Source of the DNA: a virus
Direction: 5' to 3' (one strand)
Virus record (IMG/VR): IMGVR_UViG_3300045988_107209
Location: 1-39,378 of that record
Length of the DNA stretch: 39,378 nucleotides
Part shown: one piece after another, positions 25,728-34,731 of the stretch
Numbering within the stretch: position 1 is the stretch's first letter
How the letters are laid out: the number at the start of each line of letters is the position of its first letter
Translations under genes and position numbers: made by a program
The notes under the pieces: model-generated
Seen by the model: only the letters and a program-made list of their open reading frames with translations
Told to the model about the DNA's origin: nothing
Database searches by the model: none

Positions 25728-28700
25728 ATGGAATACATAAGAATTGCAATTTTAAATCCTTACAATAAGGTTCTAGCGTTTCTAGACAATACTGTGCCTA
25801 ATGCAATGCATTATTTTGATGAAACCTTGCATACTTATTTAAAAGGCTCATCTTATACATTTGAATTTACTACAATGACTGCACATGATGATGCAGTCTT
25901 TTTAGTTGAAGGCAATAAGCTAAGTTTTAAACGTAAAGGTAAAGACTATCATTTAACGATCATGAGTGTCGAAAAAGGTGGTGACACAACAACTGTTACC
26001 GCCTATGGCCTTTGCTTAGAGTTAACGAATGAATATGTGGATGCATATAAAGCAACTAAAGCAATGTCGTTTGAAGAGTATATAAATGCGTATGGATTTG
26101 AAAGATCGTTTATTATCGGTAAAAATGAAGTATCAAATAAGAAGATTACTCATGAATGGACAGGCACAGATACAGTGCTTGCAAGATTATATTCAATCGC
26201 AAATGTATTTGATGCAGAATTAGAGTTTGTTACCGAATTAAATGATGATTATTCATTGAAGAATGTTGTGTTGAATATTTATCGTGCTCATTCAGATTCA
26301 GTTCAAGGAATCGGAAATGATAAACGCAGCACGATATTAAGATATCCAAATGATGTGTATGGAATCACGAAAACAAGTGATATTACTGAATTGTATACGG
26401 CAATCAGACCTACAGGAACAAATGGATTGCAATTGAACTCAATCAGTGGCCGAACTGTTAAGGATTCAAATGGTAATGTTCTTTATAAAGTTAACGGAAA
26501 CAATATACTAGCCCCTCAATCTAGAGACAGATTCCCTTCAACACTAATCACAAATCATTCAAACGATATGTACGCAGTGCAGATATGGTCGTATGAAACT
26601 GAGAATGTTGAAACCTTGTATGGTCAAGCACTAGCACAATTGAAAAAGAATTGTGTCCCTAAAGTTACATACGATGTTGACGCATATATTGATGGTGATA
26701 TTGGTGATACATTCACGATTGAAGATGCAGAGTATAGTCCTACATTGTATTTAGAAGCACGAATCACAGAACAAGAGATTTGTTTTACGGATTCAGAGAA
26801 ATGCAAGACTATTTTTGATAACTTTGAAGAAAAACAATCACAGATTAGTTCCGCTCTGATCAGTGAAATGAACAAGATGATTGAATTGAAAAAAGTTTAT
26901 GAAGGCTCAATCGTATCTTCAAATGGAGTTCTTTTTAAAAATGATTCAGATAGCACTAAATTGACTGCATTGGTAAAGGATGATGGGGTTGATATTACAT
27001 CTAAGTATTCAATTGTTTGGTATAAAGATGATGTGCAAATATCAATAAATCAAGCCATTACAATCAATGCCTCAGACCTATCAGAAAAGGCCGTATATCG
27101 ATTTAAAGCAATGAGCGGTGAAATACTCAAAGCAAGTGCAGAAGTCACTGTAATGCGTTTACAAGACGGTCAGAATGGAACTAGTGCTTATGTACATATT
27201 GCCTATGCCAATAGTTCAGATGGTCGTGTTGATTTTAGTTTAACAGACTCAAATCGTAAATTTATTGGTCAGTATTCTGATTCAAAACAGTATGGTTCTG
27301 ATGACCCAACCAAATACAGATGGTCAACAATTAAAGGTGAAGATGGCCAAAGTTTTGTAAGTGCCGAGGAACAATTCTATTATTCGACTTCTCAAACCGA
27401 ATTAGTCGGTGGTGAGTGGTTTGTTGGTAATGTAGTTTATCAAAGTGATAAGTTCCTTTGGAAAAGATGGAAGTGTACGTATGCTAATCCTAGTGAAATC
27501 AAGTATACGAAAGCTATTTTTGACAACACTTGGAATGAAATTGAAGCAAAGATTGGTGTAATCCATACACAAGTATCGGAAGCTAACAATCAATCTAAAG
27601 AAGCAGTTGATAAGGCAACACAAGCTCAGACGGATGCAAGTAAAGCGTATGAATTGGCTAACGCTGCTAACACTCAATCGAGTGAAGCTAAGCAACTAGC
27701 ACAAGATGCGAACACAAGCACTGGTAAAGCTCAAGAACAAATTGATGCAATTAAAGGTGATATCACTGATTCAAAGCAACAAATTCAAGACGCAGTTGAT
27801 AAGGCAAATGCCAACGCTAGTGAAATTGCTACTGTAAAAGAAACGTATGCTACAAAAGTTGATTTAACTAATGAATCAAAATCTATTCATGCAGATGTTA
27901 CAACTGAAATTGAAAAGAAAGTGGGTGAGTTGTCGACTACTGTATCAGAAACTTATGCTTCTAAGAGTGATTTAACAACACTTGAAGGAAGTATGGACAC
28001 GCAGTTTAAACAAACTGCAGATACAATATCAACTCATGCTAGTTCTATTGAAAAGCTACAATCAGATACAACTCAAGCTCAGAAAGATATTACTGATGCG
28101 ACAAAGAAAGCAACGGATGCTCAAACTCAAGCGGATAAAGCTTTAGGCAATGCTCAGAGTGCTCAAGCTTTAGCAGACCAAGCTAAACAAAAAGCAGACA
28201 GCGCTCAGGAAAATTTAGACAATGCTAACAAAGAGTTAGCAGATGCGAAAAAAAATCTAGAATCGGTGACTGGCAGAGTTGATTCGAGTGAAAAAGAGAT
28301 AAGTGATGCAAAGACTAGGCTATCAAAGGCAGAGTCAGATGTCACACAAGCTCAGAAAGATGCAATTACTGCTCAAAACAACGCTCAAACTGCAATCAAC
28401 AATGCTAAGACTGCACAATCAACTGCAGATACTGCTAAAGCTAATGCAGAGCAAGCACAGAAGGATTTGAACGATTTAACAAATCGTGTTACTAAAACTG
28501 AAACTGCAATTAAACAGAATGCAGATAAAATCACGTTACAAGCTAAATCGGTCACTGAAATAAAAGAAATTGCGAGCAGTGCAAACAGTAATGCATCAAG
28601 TGCATTAAATAAAGCCAATAGTCTAACTGATAGAGCTAACAGTGGTGAATTTAATGGACGTGGTGTTAAGAGCACTAAAGTAGAATATCAAGCCTCTACT

Positions 28701-29780
28701 TCAGGTACTTCAACTCCGACTGGTACATGGTCAAGCACACCGCCAAAGACTACTGCGGATAAACCATATTTATGGACAAGGACAATAATTACTTATAGTG
28801 ATAACACTCAGAGTACTTCATATTCTGTTGGAAGTACTCCTGAAGGGATTGTTGTTGGTGGTAGGAATTTATTAATGCAATATATACGAGCTGGTTATAT
28901 GACAACCAAGATAAATGATTTATCAATAAAGGTAGGTACAGGTGTAGATGATACGTATTTCTACTTGAGAGCACATCAAAAGCTAATTAAAGGTGAGACA
29001 TATACTATATCATGTGATGCTTCGAATGTACCGAGTGGATGCAATTGGTCTTTTGGTGTAACGCTTCAAGCTGGGACATGGCAATTATATATTAATAAGA
29101 ATGGACGATGTTATGCTACTGGAACTCCGAATGCGGATATATTACCAGGAACTGAGTTTATACTTGATGATTATTACGGAAAACCATCTACTGCAACAAA
29201 CATCATTTTGAGTAATTTCAAATTAGAAAAAGGCAACAAAGCCACTGACTGGACTCCTGCACCTGAAGATGTAGACAATGCAATAAATGAAGAACGTACC
29301 ACGCGACAGTCTGCAATTGAGACTAAGGCAAATGAAATTACATCTAAGGTTTCTGAAACTTATGTATCAAATTCGGCGTTTGAACATTATCAAAATACTG
29401 TATCAAGTCAGTTTACTCAAACGAAAAAGGACTTCACATGGTCAATCAATCAATCGGTAACTGATGCAAAGAATGAGATGAATGGTCAAATTGGCAGTGT
29501 AAATTGGCGTGTTGATGGTTTGATGGAAACTACCGATAATGTAAACAATTACATGAGCTTTGACAAAGATGGATTAACTCTAGGTAAATCAGACGGTGCG
29601 TTTAAGACAAAAATCACGAATCAAGAATGGTCGATTCAAAAGAACGGTGCAAAAGTAACGTATATAAACGATCAAACAATGTACATTACAGATGGTCAAT
29701 TTACGCAGTCTTTAAAAATCGGTAACTTTGGCTTTGTTCCAAGAGCTAATGGCTCATTGGACTTTAAAAAGATAAGGTAG
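25728..29780 (+). CDS. Tail-associated protein (Tal) / tail spike with a long coiled coil.
   Basis: 1350 aa, after Dit. Ala/Gln/Lys-rich coiled coil at about 27.56-28.65 kb. Beta-rich C-terminal domain. Confidence 0.75.
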   Translation: MEYIRIAILNPYNKVLAFLDNTVPNAMHYFDETLHTYLKGSSYTFEFTTMTAHDDAVFLVEGNKLSFKRKGKDYHLTIMSVEKGGDTTTVTAYGLCLELTNEYVDAYKATKAMSFEEYINAYGFERSFIIGKNEVSNKKITHEWTGTDTVLARLYSIANVFDAELEFVTELNDDYSLKNVVLNIYRAHSDSVQGIGNDKRSTILRYPNDVYGITKTSDITELYTAIRPTGTNGLQLNSISGRTVKDSNGNVLYKVNGNNILAPQSRDRFPSTLITNHSNDMYAVQIWSYETENVETLYGQALAQLKKNCVPKVTYDVDAYIDGDIGDTFTIEDAEYSPTLYLEARITEQEICFTDSEKCKTIFDNFEEKQSQISSALISEMNKMIELKKVYEGSIVSSNGVLFKNDSDSTKLTALVKDDGVDITSKYSIVWYKDDVQISINQAITINASDLSEKAVYRFKAMSGEILKASAEVTVMRLQDGQNGTSAYVHIAYANSSDGRVDFSLTDSNRKFIGQYSDSKQYGSDDPTKYRWSTIKGEDGQSFVSAEEQFYYSTSQTELVGGEWFVGNVVYQSDKFLWKRWKCTYANPSEIKYTKAIFDNTWNEIEAKIGVIHTQVSEANNQSKEAVDKATQAQTDASKAYELANAANTQSSEAKQLAQDANTSTGKAQEQIDAIKGDITDSKQQIQDAVDKANANASEIATVKETYATKVDLTNESKSIHADVTTEIEKKVGELSTTVSETYASKSDLTTLEGSMDTQFKQTADTISTHASSIEKLQSDTTQAQKDITDATKKATDAQTQADKALGNAQSAQALADQAKQKADSAQENLDNANKELADAKKNLESVTGRVDSSEKEISDAKTRLSKAESDVTQAQKDAITAQNNAQTAINNAKTAQSTADTAKANAEQAQKDLNDLTNRVTKTETAIKQNADKITLQAKSVTEIKEIASSANSNASSALNKANSLTDRANSGEFNGRGVKSTKVEYQASTSGTSTPTGTWSSTPPKTTADKPYLWTRTIITYSDNTQSTSYSVGSTPEGIVVGGRNLLMQYIRAGYMTTKINDLSIKVGTGVDDTYFYLRAHQKLIKGETYTISCDASNVPSGCNWSFGVTLQAGTWQLYINKNGRCYATGTPNADILPGTEFILDDYYGKPSTATNIILSNFKLEKGNKATDWTPAPEDVDNAINEERTTRQSAIETKANEITSKVSETYVSNSAFEHYQNTVSSQFTQTKKDFTWSINQSVTDAKNEMNGQIGSVNWRVDGLMETTDNVNNYMSFDKDGLTLGKSDGAFKTKITNQEWSIQKNGAKVTYINDQTMYITDGQFTQSLKIGNFGFVPRANGSLDFKKIR

Positions 29781-29788
29781 GTGATTGA

Positions 29789-31753
29789 ATGGCACAATTC
29801 AGTGGAAGTATAGGAATAAGCACAGGGCAAACAGACAAGTATTCGTTATTGTTGGATGTTTCAGAGAAATCTTATTCAATTGAAAATAACACATCTAAAG
29901 TTGAATGGTGGGTTGGTATTCGTTCAAATACTGCATACCATAATCACTATGGGTTGTCAGAAACTTATGTAGTTAATATCGATGGCACTGTAGTACACAA
30001 TGCAGTACATACACCTACAGTCAACAGTGGTGCTACTGTATGGGTAGCAAGTGGAACAACTACTGTATCACACAATGCAGATGGTTCTAAATCTATATCA
30101 GTCAGTGCATCGTTTGACAATGCAGACAGAGGAACATATTTACCAACGACAGGATCATGCAGTGGTAGTTTAAAGTTAACGACAATACCACGTGCAACTA
30201 CTCCTTCTATTGATAAACCGAGTTTAGATTGTGGTAGTGCAATTAAGATTAGTGGTACAAGTGCATCAAGCAACTTTTCGCATAAAGTTTATGTAACTTG
30301 GAATGGAACAAAAACACAAATAGGAACAATAGCTAGTGGTACAACAACCCCTAGCTTTTCTTATACCATTCCGACAGATTGGGAAAAGAATATTCCTGAT
30401 TCAACAAGTGGTATTGCTACATTTACATTAGAAACAATCAGTGGTTCAACGTCAGTTGGTTCTAAAACAGTAAATGCGACTATTAAAGTTAGAAGTAGTA
30501 TTGTTCCAACGATTGGAACTGTTGGTATTTCTGATACAAATTCAATTTGTGCAGGAATTGGACAATATGTTCAGAATCAATCGAAATTAAAATTCTCGAT
30601 TGCAACAAGTGGTAATCAAGGCTCAACGATCACATCAGTATCGACTAAATTCAATGGCCAAACATACAGTGGTAGCACATTTACAACTCAAGCGATTCAA
30701 AACAGTGGTACGTTAACTTACACAATCACAGTTACAGATTCACGTGGTCGTACTGCTACTAAGAGTGGTTCGGTATCTGTAGTTGCATACAATCCACCTA
30801 GTCTTACAAATATAAGTGCAAAGCGTGCTAACTCAGGCTATACAGTAGATGAATCAAGTGGTACGTATGCATTGCTACACTTCAAAGTTGGATTTACTAG
30901 TTTAAGTAATAAGAATGTAACATCATTCTATATTCAGTATCGAGCAAGCGGTGCTAGTTCGTGGACAAAAATTAATTCATGGGCTAATAACTACACTTTG
31001 GAACAAGATTACAAAGCAGGTAATTTATTTACCTCAACAACTACAACATATGAAATTGCATTCGGTGTTAAAGATAAATTTATGAGCGATTACTCATGGC
31101 AAATAGTTACAGTTACACCAACTTATACATTGATTAACTTTGGCAAAGATGGAAAATCATTAACTTTTTTCGGTCAAGATGGTAATAATGCTAACCGATT
31201 AACTGTTAATGGCGATTTAGTATCAAATAAATATAAATTCAGTTCAGTCAGTGAGAATACTTCATCAACTCATGTGTTGGTGGAGAATGGTAATGAAATT
31301 CAATATCGTGATTGGAATAAATTAGTTAATTCAATCAAGAGTGCGATGTATCCAGTAGGTTCAGTTTATATCACTTACAACAATGTCAACCCTGGCACAT
31401 TTTTAGGTGGAATATGGGAAAGATTCGGGCAAGGTAGAACTTTGGTCGGAGAAGGTACTGGGAATGATGGTAGTACAAGTATGTCCTTTACTGCGAATTC
31501 AACTGACGGAAAATACAAGAATACTCACTATCACGTAACTTCATTTGGTTGGGATGGAGATTATTTTTATGCAGGTAGACCAGACGGAGCAGTTAATAAT
31601 GCATACGACCGAACCTCAGTAATTCCAAATGGATATGGAATTCAAACTAGTTCTTTTATATCAAATCAAGTGCGATTGAATTGGACTGATAACTGTACTA
31701 TTGATAATGTACAACCATACATAGTTGTTTTCTTTTGGAGAAGGACCGCATAA
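29789..31753 (+). CDS. Receptor-binding tail fibre protein: DUF859-like N-terminus and tail-collar-like C-terminus. This is the expressed copy in the shufflon.
   Basis: MAQFSGSIGISTGQTDKYSLLLDVSEKSYSIENNTSKVEWW. C-terminus MYPVGSVYITYNNVNPGTFLGGIWERFGQGRTLVG...QPYIVVFFWRRTA. Confidence 0.8.
   Translation: MAQFSGSIGISTGQTDKYSLLLDVSEKSYSIENNTSKVEWWVGIRSNTAYHNHYGLSETYVVNIDGTVVHNAVHTPTVNSGATVWVASGTTTVSHNADGSKSISVSASFDNADRGTYLPTTGSCSGSLKLTTIPRATTPSIDKPSLDCGSAIKISGTSASSNFSHKVYVTWNGTKTQIGTIASGTTTPSFSYTIPTDWEKNIPDSTSGIATFTLETISGSTSVGSKTVNATIKVRSSIVPTIGTVGISDTNSICAGIGQYVQNQSKLKFSIATSGNQGSTITSVSTKFNGQTYSGSTFTTQAIQNSGTLTYTITVTDSRGRTATKSGSVSVVAYNPPSLTNISAKRANSGYTVDESSGTYALLHFKVGFTSLSNKNVTSFYIQYRASGASSWTKINSWANNYTLEQDYKAGNLFTSTTTTYEIAFGVKDKFMSDYSWQIVTVTPTYTLINFGKDGKSLTFFGQDGNNANRLTVNGDLVSNKYKFSSVSENTSSTHVLVENGNEIQYRDWNKLVNSIKSAMYPVGSVYITYNNVNPGTFLGGIWERFGQGRTLVGEGTGNDGSTSMSFTANSTDGKYKNTHYHVTSFGWDGDYFYAGRPDGAVNNAYDRTSVIPNGYGIQTSSFISNQVRLNWTDNCTIDNVQPYIVVFFWRRTA
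31479..31494 (+). repeat. Putative recombination site S0 (GTATGTCCTTTACTGC) inside the expressed fibre gene.
   Basis: Same 16-mer (GTATGTCNTTTACKGC) found inverted at three cassette starts. Lies exactly at the homology boundary. Confidence 0.75.
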
Positions 31754-31754
31754 A

Positions 31755-32009
31755 TTAAGCCGTCCTTTTCCAAAAATGTACTGTAATGTAAGGTTGAATG
31801 TTGTTATGAAATGCATCTTCACCTGTTTTAGATACATTAAATCCATATGCATTCGAGCCTTGAGTGATTGGTTTATTTTCTGCAAAAGGAGAACTTGTCT
31901 GTTTTGTTGAACCACCTCTAGCATATAATTTATGGTCATGACTTGGCATCTCATCTATAGTTAACTTATGTTTATATTCACCGCCAGTGCTATTGGCAGT
32001 AAATGACAT
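31755..32009 (-). other. Silent alternative fibre C-terminal cassette 1 (84 aa, canonical tail-collar tip).
   Basis: MSFTANSTGGEYKHKLTIDEMPSHDH...HNNIQPYITVHFWKRTA. No RBS. Its stop is 1 nt from the fibre gene stop. Confidence 0.8.
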
Positions 32010-32011
32010 AC
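31996..32011 (-). repeat. Putative recombination site S1.
   Basis: Minus strand reads GTATGTCATTTACTGC. Confidence 0.75.
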
Positions 32012-32233
32012 CTATGCAGTCCTACGCCAAAAGTAGACTGTAATGTATGGTTGCACTAAAGATACTTTTGCACTATGTTCTCTGCTACCATTTCCTACAT
32101 CAGAACTACGAACAATAGTACGTTCGGTGTAATATGTCGGGCCGTCGTTCTTTCTTAAACCATATTGTTTGTCCGAGCTATTAAGAACATCCGAGTAATA
32201 TTTACCACCTGTAGAATTCGCAGTAAAAGACAT
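32012..32233 (-). other. Silent alternative fibre C-terminal cassette 2 (73 aa).
   Basis: MSFTANSTGGKYYSD...LVQPYITVYFWRRTA. Separated from cassette 1 by 2 nt. No RBS. Confidence 0.8.
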
Positions 32234-32235
32234 AC
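32220..32235 (-). repeat. Putative recombination site S2.
   Basis: Minus strand reads GTATGTCTTTTACTGC. Identity to S0 extends through GCGAATTC. Confidence 0.75.
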
Positions 32236-32240
32236 CTTAA

Positions 32241-32441
32241 CTATTTAATTCTGTACCAAAAGTAGACAGTGATATAAGGTTGCAATAATGGTATCTTCGT
32301 TTTCATGTTTTTATTGTGATCATGAACACCCATTTGATTACCATTGCTATTAAGAAGTGCACCGTAATATATGTAACCTATATCATTACGTACCATAGAA
32401 TGAATGTACTCTCCGCCCGTGTCATTAGCCGTAAAAGACAT
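32241..32441 (-). other. Silent alternative fibre C-terminal cassette 3 (66 aa).
   Basis: MSFTANDTGGEYIHS...LLQPYITVYFWYRIK. The track ORF's upstream extension overlaps the recombinase 3' end and is not needed. Confidence 0.75.
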
Positions 32442-32443
32442 AC
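32428..32443 (-). repeat. Putative recombination site S3.
   Basis: Minus strand reads GTATGTCTTTTACGGC. Lies 5 nt from the recombinase stop codon. Confidence 0.7.
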
Positions 32444-32448
32444 ATTGA

Positions 32449-33342
32449 CTATTTGTAATAATCACAAAGCAGCTCAACACATTTTCGCTTTAATTCCATT
32501 TGTGGACGTACATAAATGTTCATTGTGATTGATACGTTGGAGTGGCCAAGCAATTCACTAAGTGATTTGTAGTCACATCCGCACTCAATGCATCTAGTGG
32601 CGAATGTATGTCGTAATGCGTGGAATTTGAGATGTGGTAGCTCAAGTTCTTTGAGGACTCTATTGTAGTAAAGTCTGTATTTGTTAGGTTCTATCGGCTT
32701 ATTTCGATTCGTTAATACATAGTTATCTGCATCACCTTGTAGAAGGATTGCGTAGTGCATTATCCATGTATTTAACGGAATCATTCGAGTACTGGAACGT
32801 GATTTAGGTGGTGTTATTGAAAGATGGCTACCATCTTCTTTGGTGTAGGTTCGTATCATGGTTTTGCTTATATTTAATAACTTGGTTTGAGTGTTTATAT
32901 CAGACCATTTTAAAGCGCACAGTTCACCTATGCGTATTCCTGTATGGATGCATAAAAGGATTCCAAAGTTTTTACAATTAATCTCAGATTGGAGGTGATT
33001 AATCAATGTTATTTGATTTTCTTTTTCAAAAATCTCTACCGCCTTAGAAGGATGGTATGGTAGTTGAATATCGACTTTGAATGGAAGTGTAAATTTTAAA
33101 ACCTGAATAATGTCTTTGGCATATTTGAATGATATACCACCTTTTCCGTCTTTACGGCCATTTTCAAGTTTTTGAAGAATAAACTCTTGTAAAATATCGT
33201 TATTCAAATCTTCAATCTGATAATTGCCTAGTTTTGGCATGATGTGATTGTGGATCACATTACAATAATTTGTGTAAGTGCTGTATTTTAGATAGATTTT
33301 CTTTTCCTTTAACCAGGATGTTAATTTGTCAGAATATAGCAT
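32449..33342 (-). CDS. Tyrosine site-specific recombinase (XerC/D/Rci-like size); candidate shufflon invertase.
   Basis: SAM-like N-terminal domain. Catalytic signature TGIRIGEL (R), HALRHTFAT (HxxR), LGHSNVSITMNIYV (H...Y). Confidence 0.9.
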   Translation of the reverse strand: MLYSDKLTSWLKEKKIYLKYSTYTNYCNVIHNHIMPKLGNYQIEDLNNDILQEFILQKLENGRKDGKGGISFKYAKDIIQVLKFTLPFKVDIQLPYHPSKAVEIFEKENQITLINHLQSEINCKNFGILLCIHTGIRIGELCALKWSDINTQTKLLNISKTMIRTYTKEDGSHLSITPPKSRSSTRMIPLNTWIMHYAILLQGDADNYVLTNRNKPIEPNKYRLYYNRVLKELELPHLKFHALRHTFATRCIECGCDYKSLSELLGHSNVSITMNIYVRPQMELKRKCVELLCDYYK

Positions 33343-33386
33343 TTTTGTTTTACCTCGCTTTTTTTATATTAATAGGAGGATTTTAT

Positions 33387-33635
33387 ATGACTAAGGTTCA
33401 TGAAATCAATTTAAATACAAAGTTATGGAATTTCTTTACGGAACATGACTTTATTATTCTTGATTTGACAGATAAACAAATCAATGAACAAGATTACGTG
33501 TTATTCAAACAAGTGTCTTTAGATGAAGGAAAAGAAACAGACACTGGTTTGTTTAGAATGACACAAATTAGAAGCATCACAACTAATGATGGTTTCAAAG
33601 ATGGTTATGTGATGTTAAACGTAACTAAATTATAG
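33387..33635 (+). CDS. DUF3850 (ASCH/PUA-like) protein.
   Basis: VHEINLNTKLWNFF...DYVLFKQV...GFKDGYVMLNV pattern. RBS AGGAGG. Confidence 0.55.
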   Translation: MTKVHEINLNTKLWNFFTEHDFIILDLTDKQINEQDYVLFKQVSLDEGKETDTGLFRMTQIRSITTNDGFKDGYVMLNVTKL

Positions 33636-33739
33636 AATTAATCGACCTTGTGAAGTCGTAAAACTCACACATGGTACAGAGACTGCACTTTAGCTCGTTC
33701 AAGCGGTCTTTTTTTGTGCCAAAAAAGAAGGAATTATAT

Positions 33740-33964
33740 ATGAATTTTGCATCTGCGTTTATTTCGATGACGCGTGGCCACAAGGTGGCGCGTAGTCACT
33801 GGAGTGGATATTGGCATATCGTCGATGGAATCATCATGATCCATACGAAAGATGGTATTGATTTAAAATTAACGGATTCAGACGATATTGTATATACAAT
33901 CAGCAATTGTGCATGTGATGACTGGCACATTGTTGACAACTATGGAGTTAGCAAGGAGAGGTAG
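33740..33964 (+). CDS. DUF2829-like protein (the family that includes the anti-Thoeris protein Tad2).
   Basis: MNFASAFISMTRGHKVARSHWSG...DDWHIV matches the M-F-x-A...G-x-KV-x-R-x-x-W-x-G ... DW-x-IV pattern. Confidence 0.5.
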   Translation: MNFASAFISMTRGHKVARSHWSGYWHIVDGIIMIHTKDGIDLKLTDSDDIVYTISNCACDDWHIVDNYGVSKER

Positions 33965-33967
33965 AAT

Positions 33968-34204
33968 ATGGAACAATTAAAAAATGCTAAATGGTGGAGT
34001 GCAGCATGCACACGCTGCTTAAAAACAATGTGTCAGACTGCAATCGCAATGATTGGGACGTCACAAATGATGGAACAAGTGGATCTTAAAGTTGTAGTAT
34101 CAAGCACTGCTTTGGCTGGAATTTTGTCATTATTGACATCCTTAGCCGGATTACCAGAAGTAGAGACACCTTGTACAGAAGATGATGAAACGAAAGATAA
34201 TTAG
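33968..34204 (+). CDS. Holin (LL-H / phi-LC3-like).
   Basis: Two hydrophobic helices (CQTAIAMIG; STALAGILSLLTSLAGL) and an acidic C-terminus. Lies upstream of the endolysin. Confidence 0.7.
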   Translation: MEQLKNAKWWSAACTRCLKTMCQTAIAMIGTSQMMEQVDLKVVVSSTALAGILSLLTSLAGLPEVETPCTEDDETKDN

Positions 34205-34218
34205 TGAAGGTGCTGGTA

Positions 34219-34614
34219 ATGAACTTTGTGATTACTAGTGAACAGATTGTCTGGTGTCTTACTTTTATTGGTCTTGTCTGGGCCACTGTTAAGATTATCA
34301 AGGAGCTAAAAAAGCCGAGTGATGATCTAAAAGCTAAAGTTCAAAGACATGATGAATTGTTGCACAAAGACAATGAGCGATTAAATTCACTTGAAAAGAT
34401 TACACTCAATCAAGAAGGCATCAACCGCAAATTAGAGGAGCATACTCGCATTCTGTCTGACCATGATGAACGGTTAGAAGAGGATAAAAAAAGAGGCGAC
34501 TTGATGTTAAAAGCGAACATGGCCATCCTCGATGGAATGTTATCGGAAGATGATAAAGAAAGCCTAAAGGCTACACGAAAGGAAATTCAGGATTTTTTAG
34601 TCGAGAAGAATTAG
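34219..34614 (+). CDS. Membrane-anchored coiled-coil protein (possible lysis accessory).
   Basis: N-terminal transmembrane segment IVWCLTFIGLVWATVKII, then a charged coiled coil. Confidence 0.6.
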   Translation: MNFVITSEQIVWCLTFIGLVWATVKIIKELKKPSDDLKAKVQRHDELLHKDNERLNSLEKITLNQEGINRKLEEHTRILSDHDERLEEDKKRGDLMLKANMAILDGMLSEDDKESLKATRKEIQDFLVEKN

Positions 34615-34626
34615 GAGAACAGAATC

Positions 34627-34731
34627 ATGGAAGAAAAAGAAGTAAAATTTGAAGAATTATCAGAAGAAGCTCAATCAGAGCTATCAAACGGAAAAGAAGA
34701 AGGTGAAGATGAATGTCATACTCAAGACTAA
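34627..34731 (+). CDS. Small acidic peptide (34 aa).
   Basis: AGGAG RBS 9 nt upstream of ATG 34627. Overlaps the endolysin start. Confidence 0.35.
   Translation: MEEKEVKFEELSEEAQSELSNGKEEGEDECHTQD

Noticed and set aside
27560-28650. Repetitive DNA in the Tal gene, for example recurring caagctcagaaagat.
   Set aside because: It reflects an Ala/Gln/Lys-rich coiled-coil coding region (TQAQKD-type heptads), not a separate DNA element. The frame is uninterrupted.
31725-32528. Plus-strand ORFs 31725..31910 and 32316..32528 across the cassette region.
   Set aside because: They are antisense to the fibre-tip cassettes, whose homology to the expressed fibre C-terminus defines the true frame and strand.
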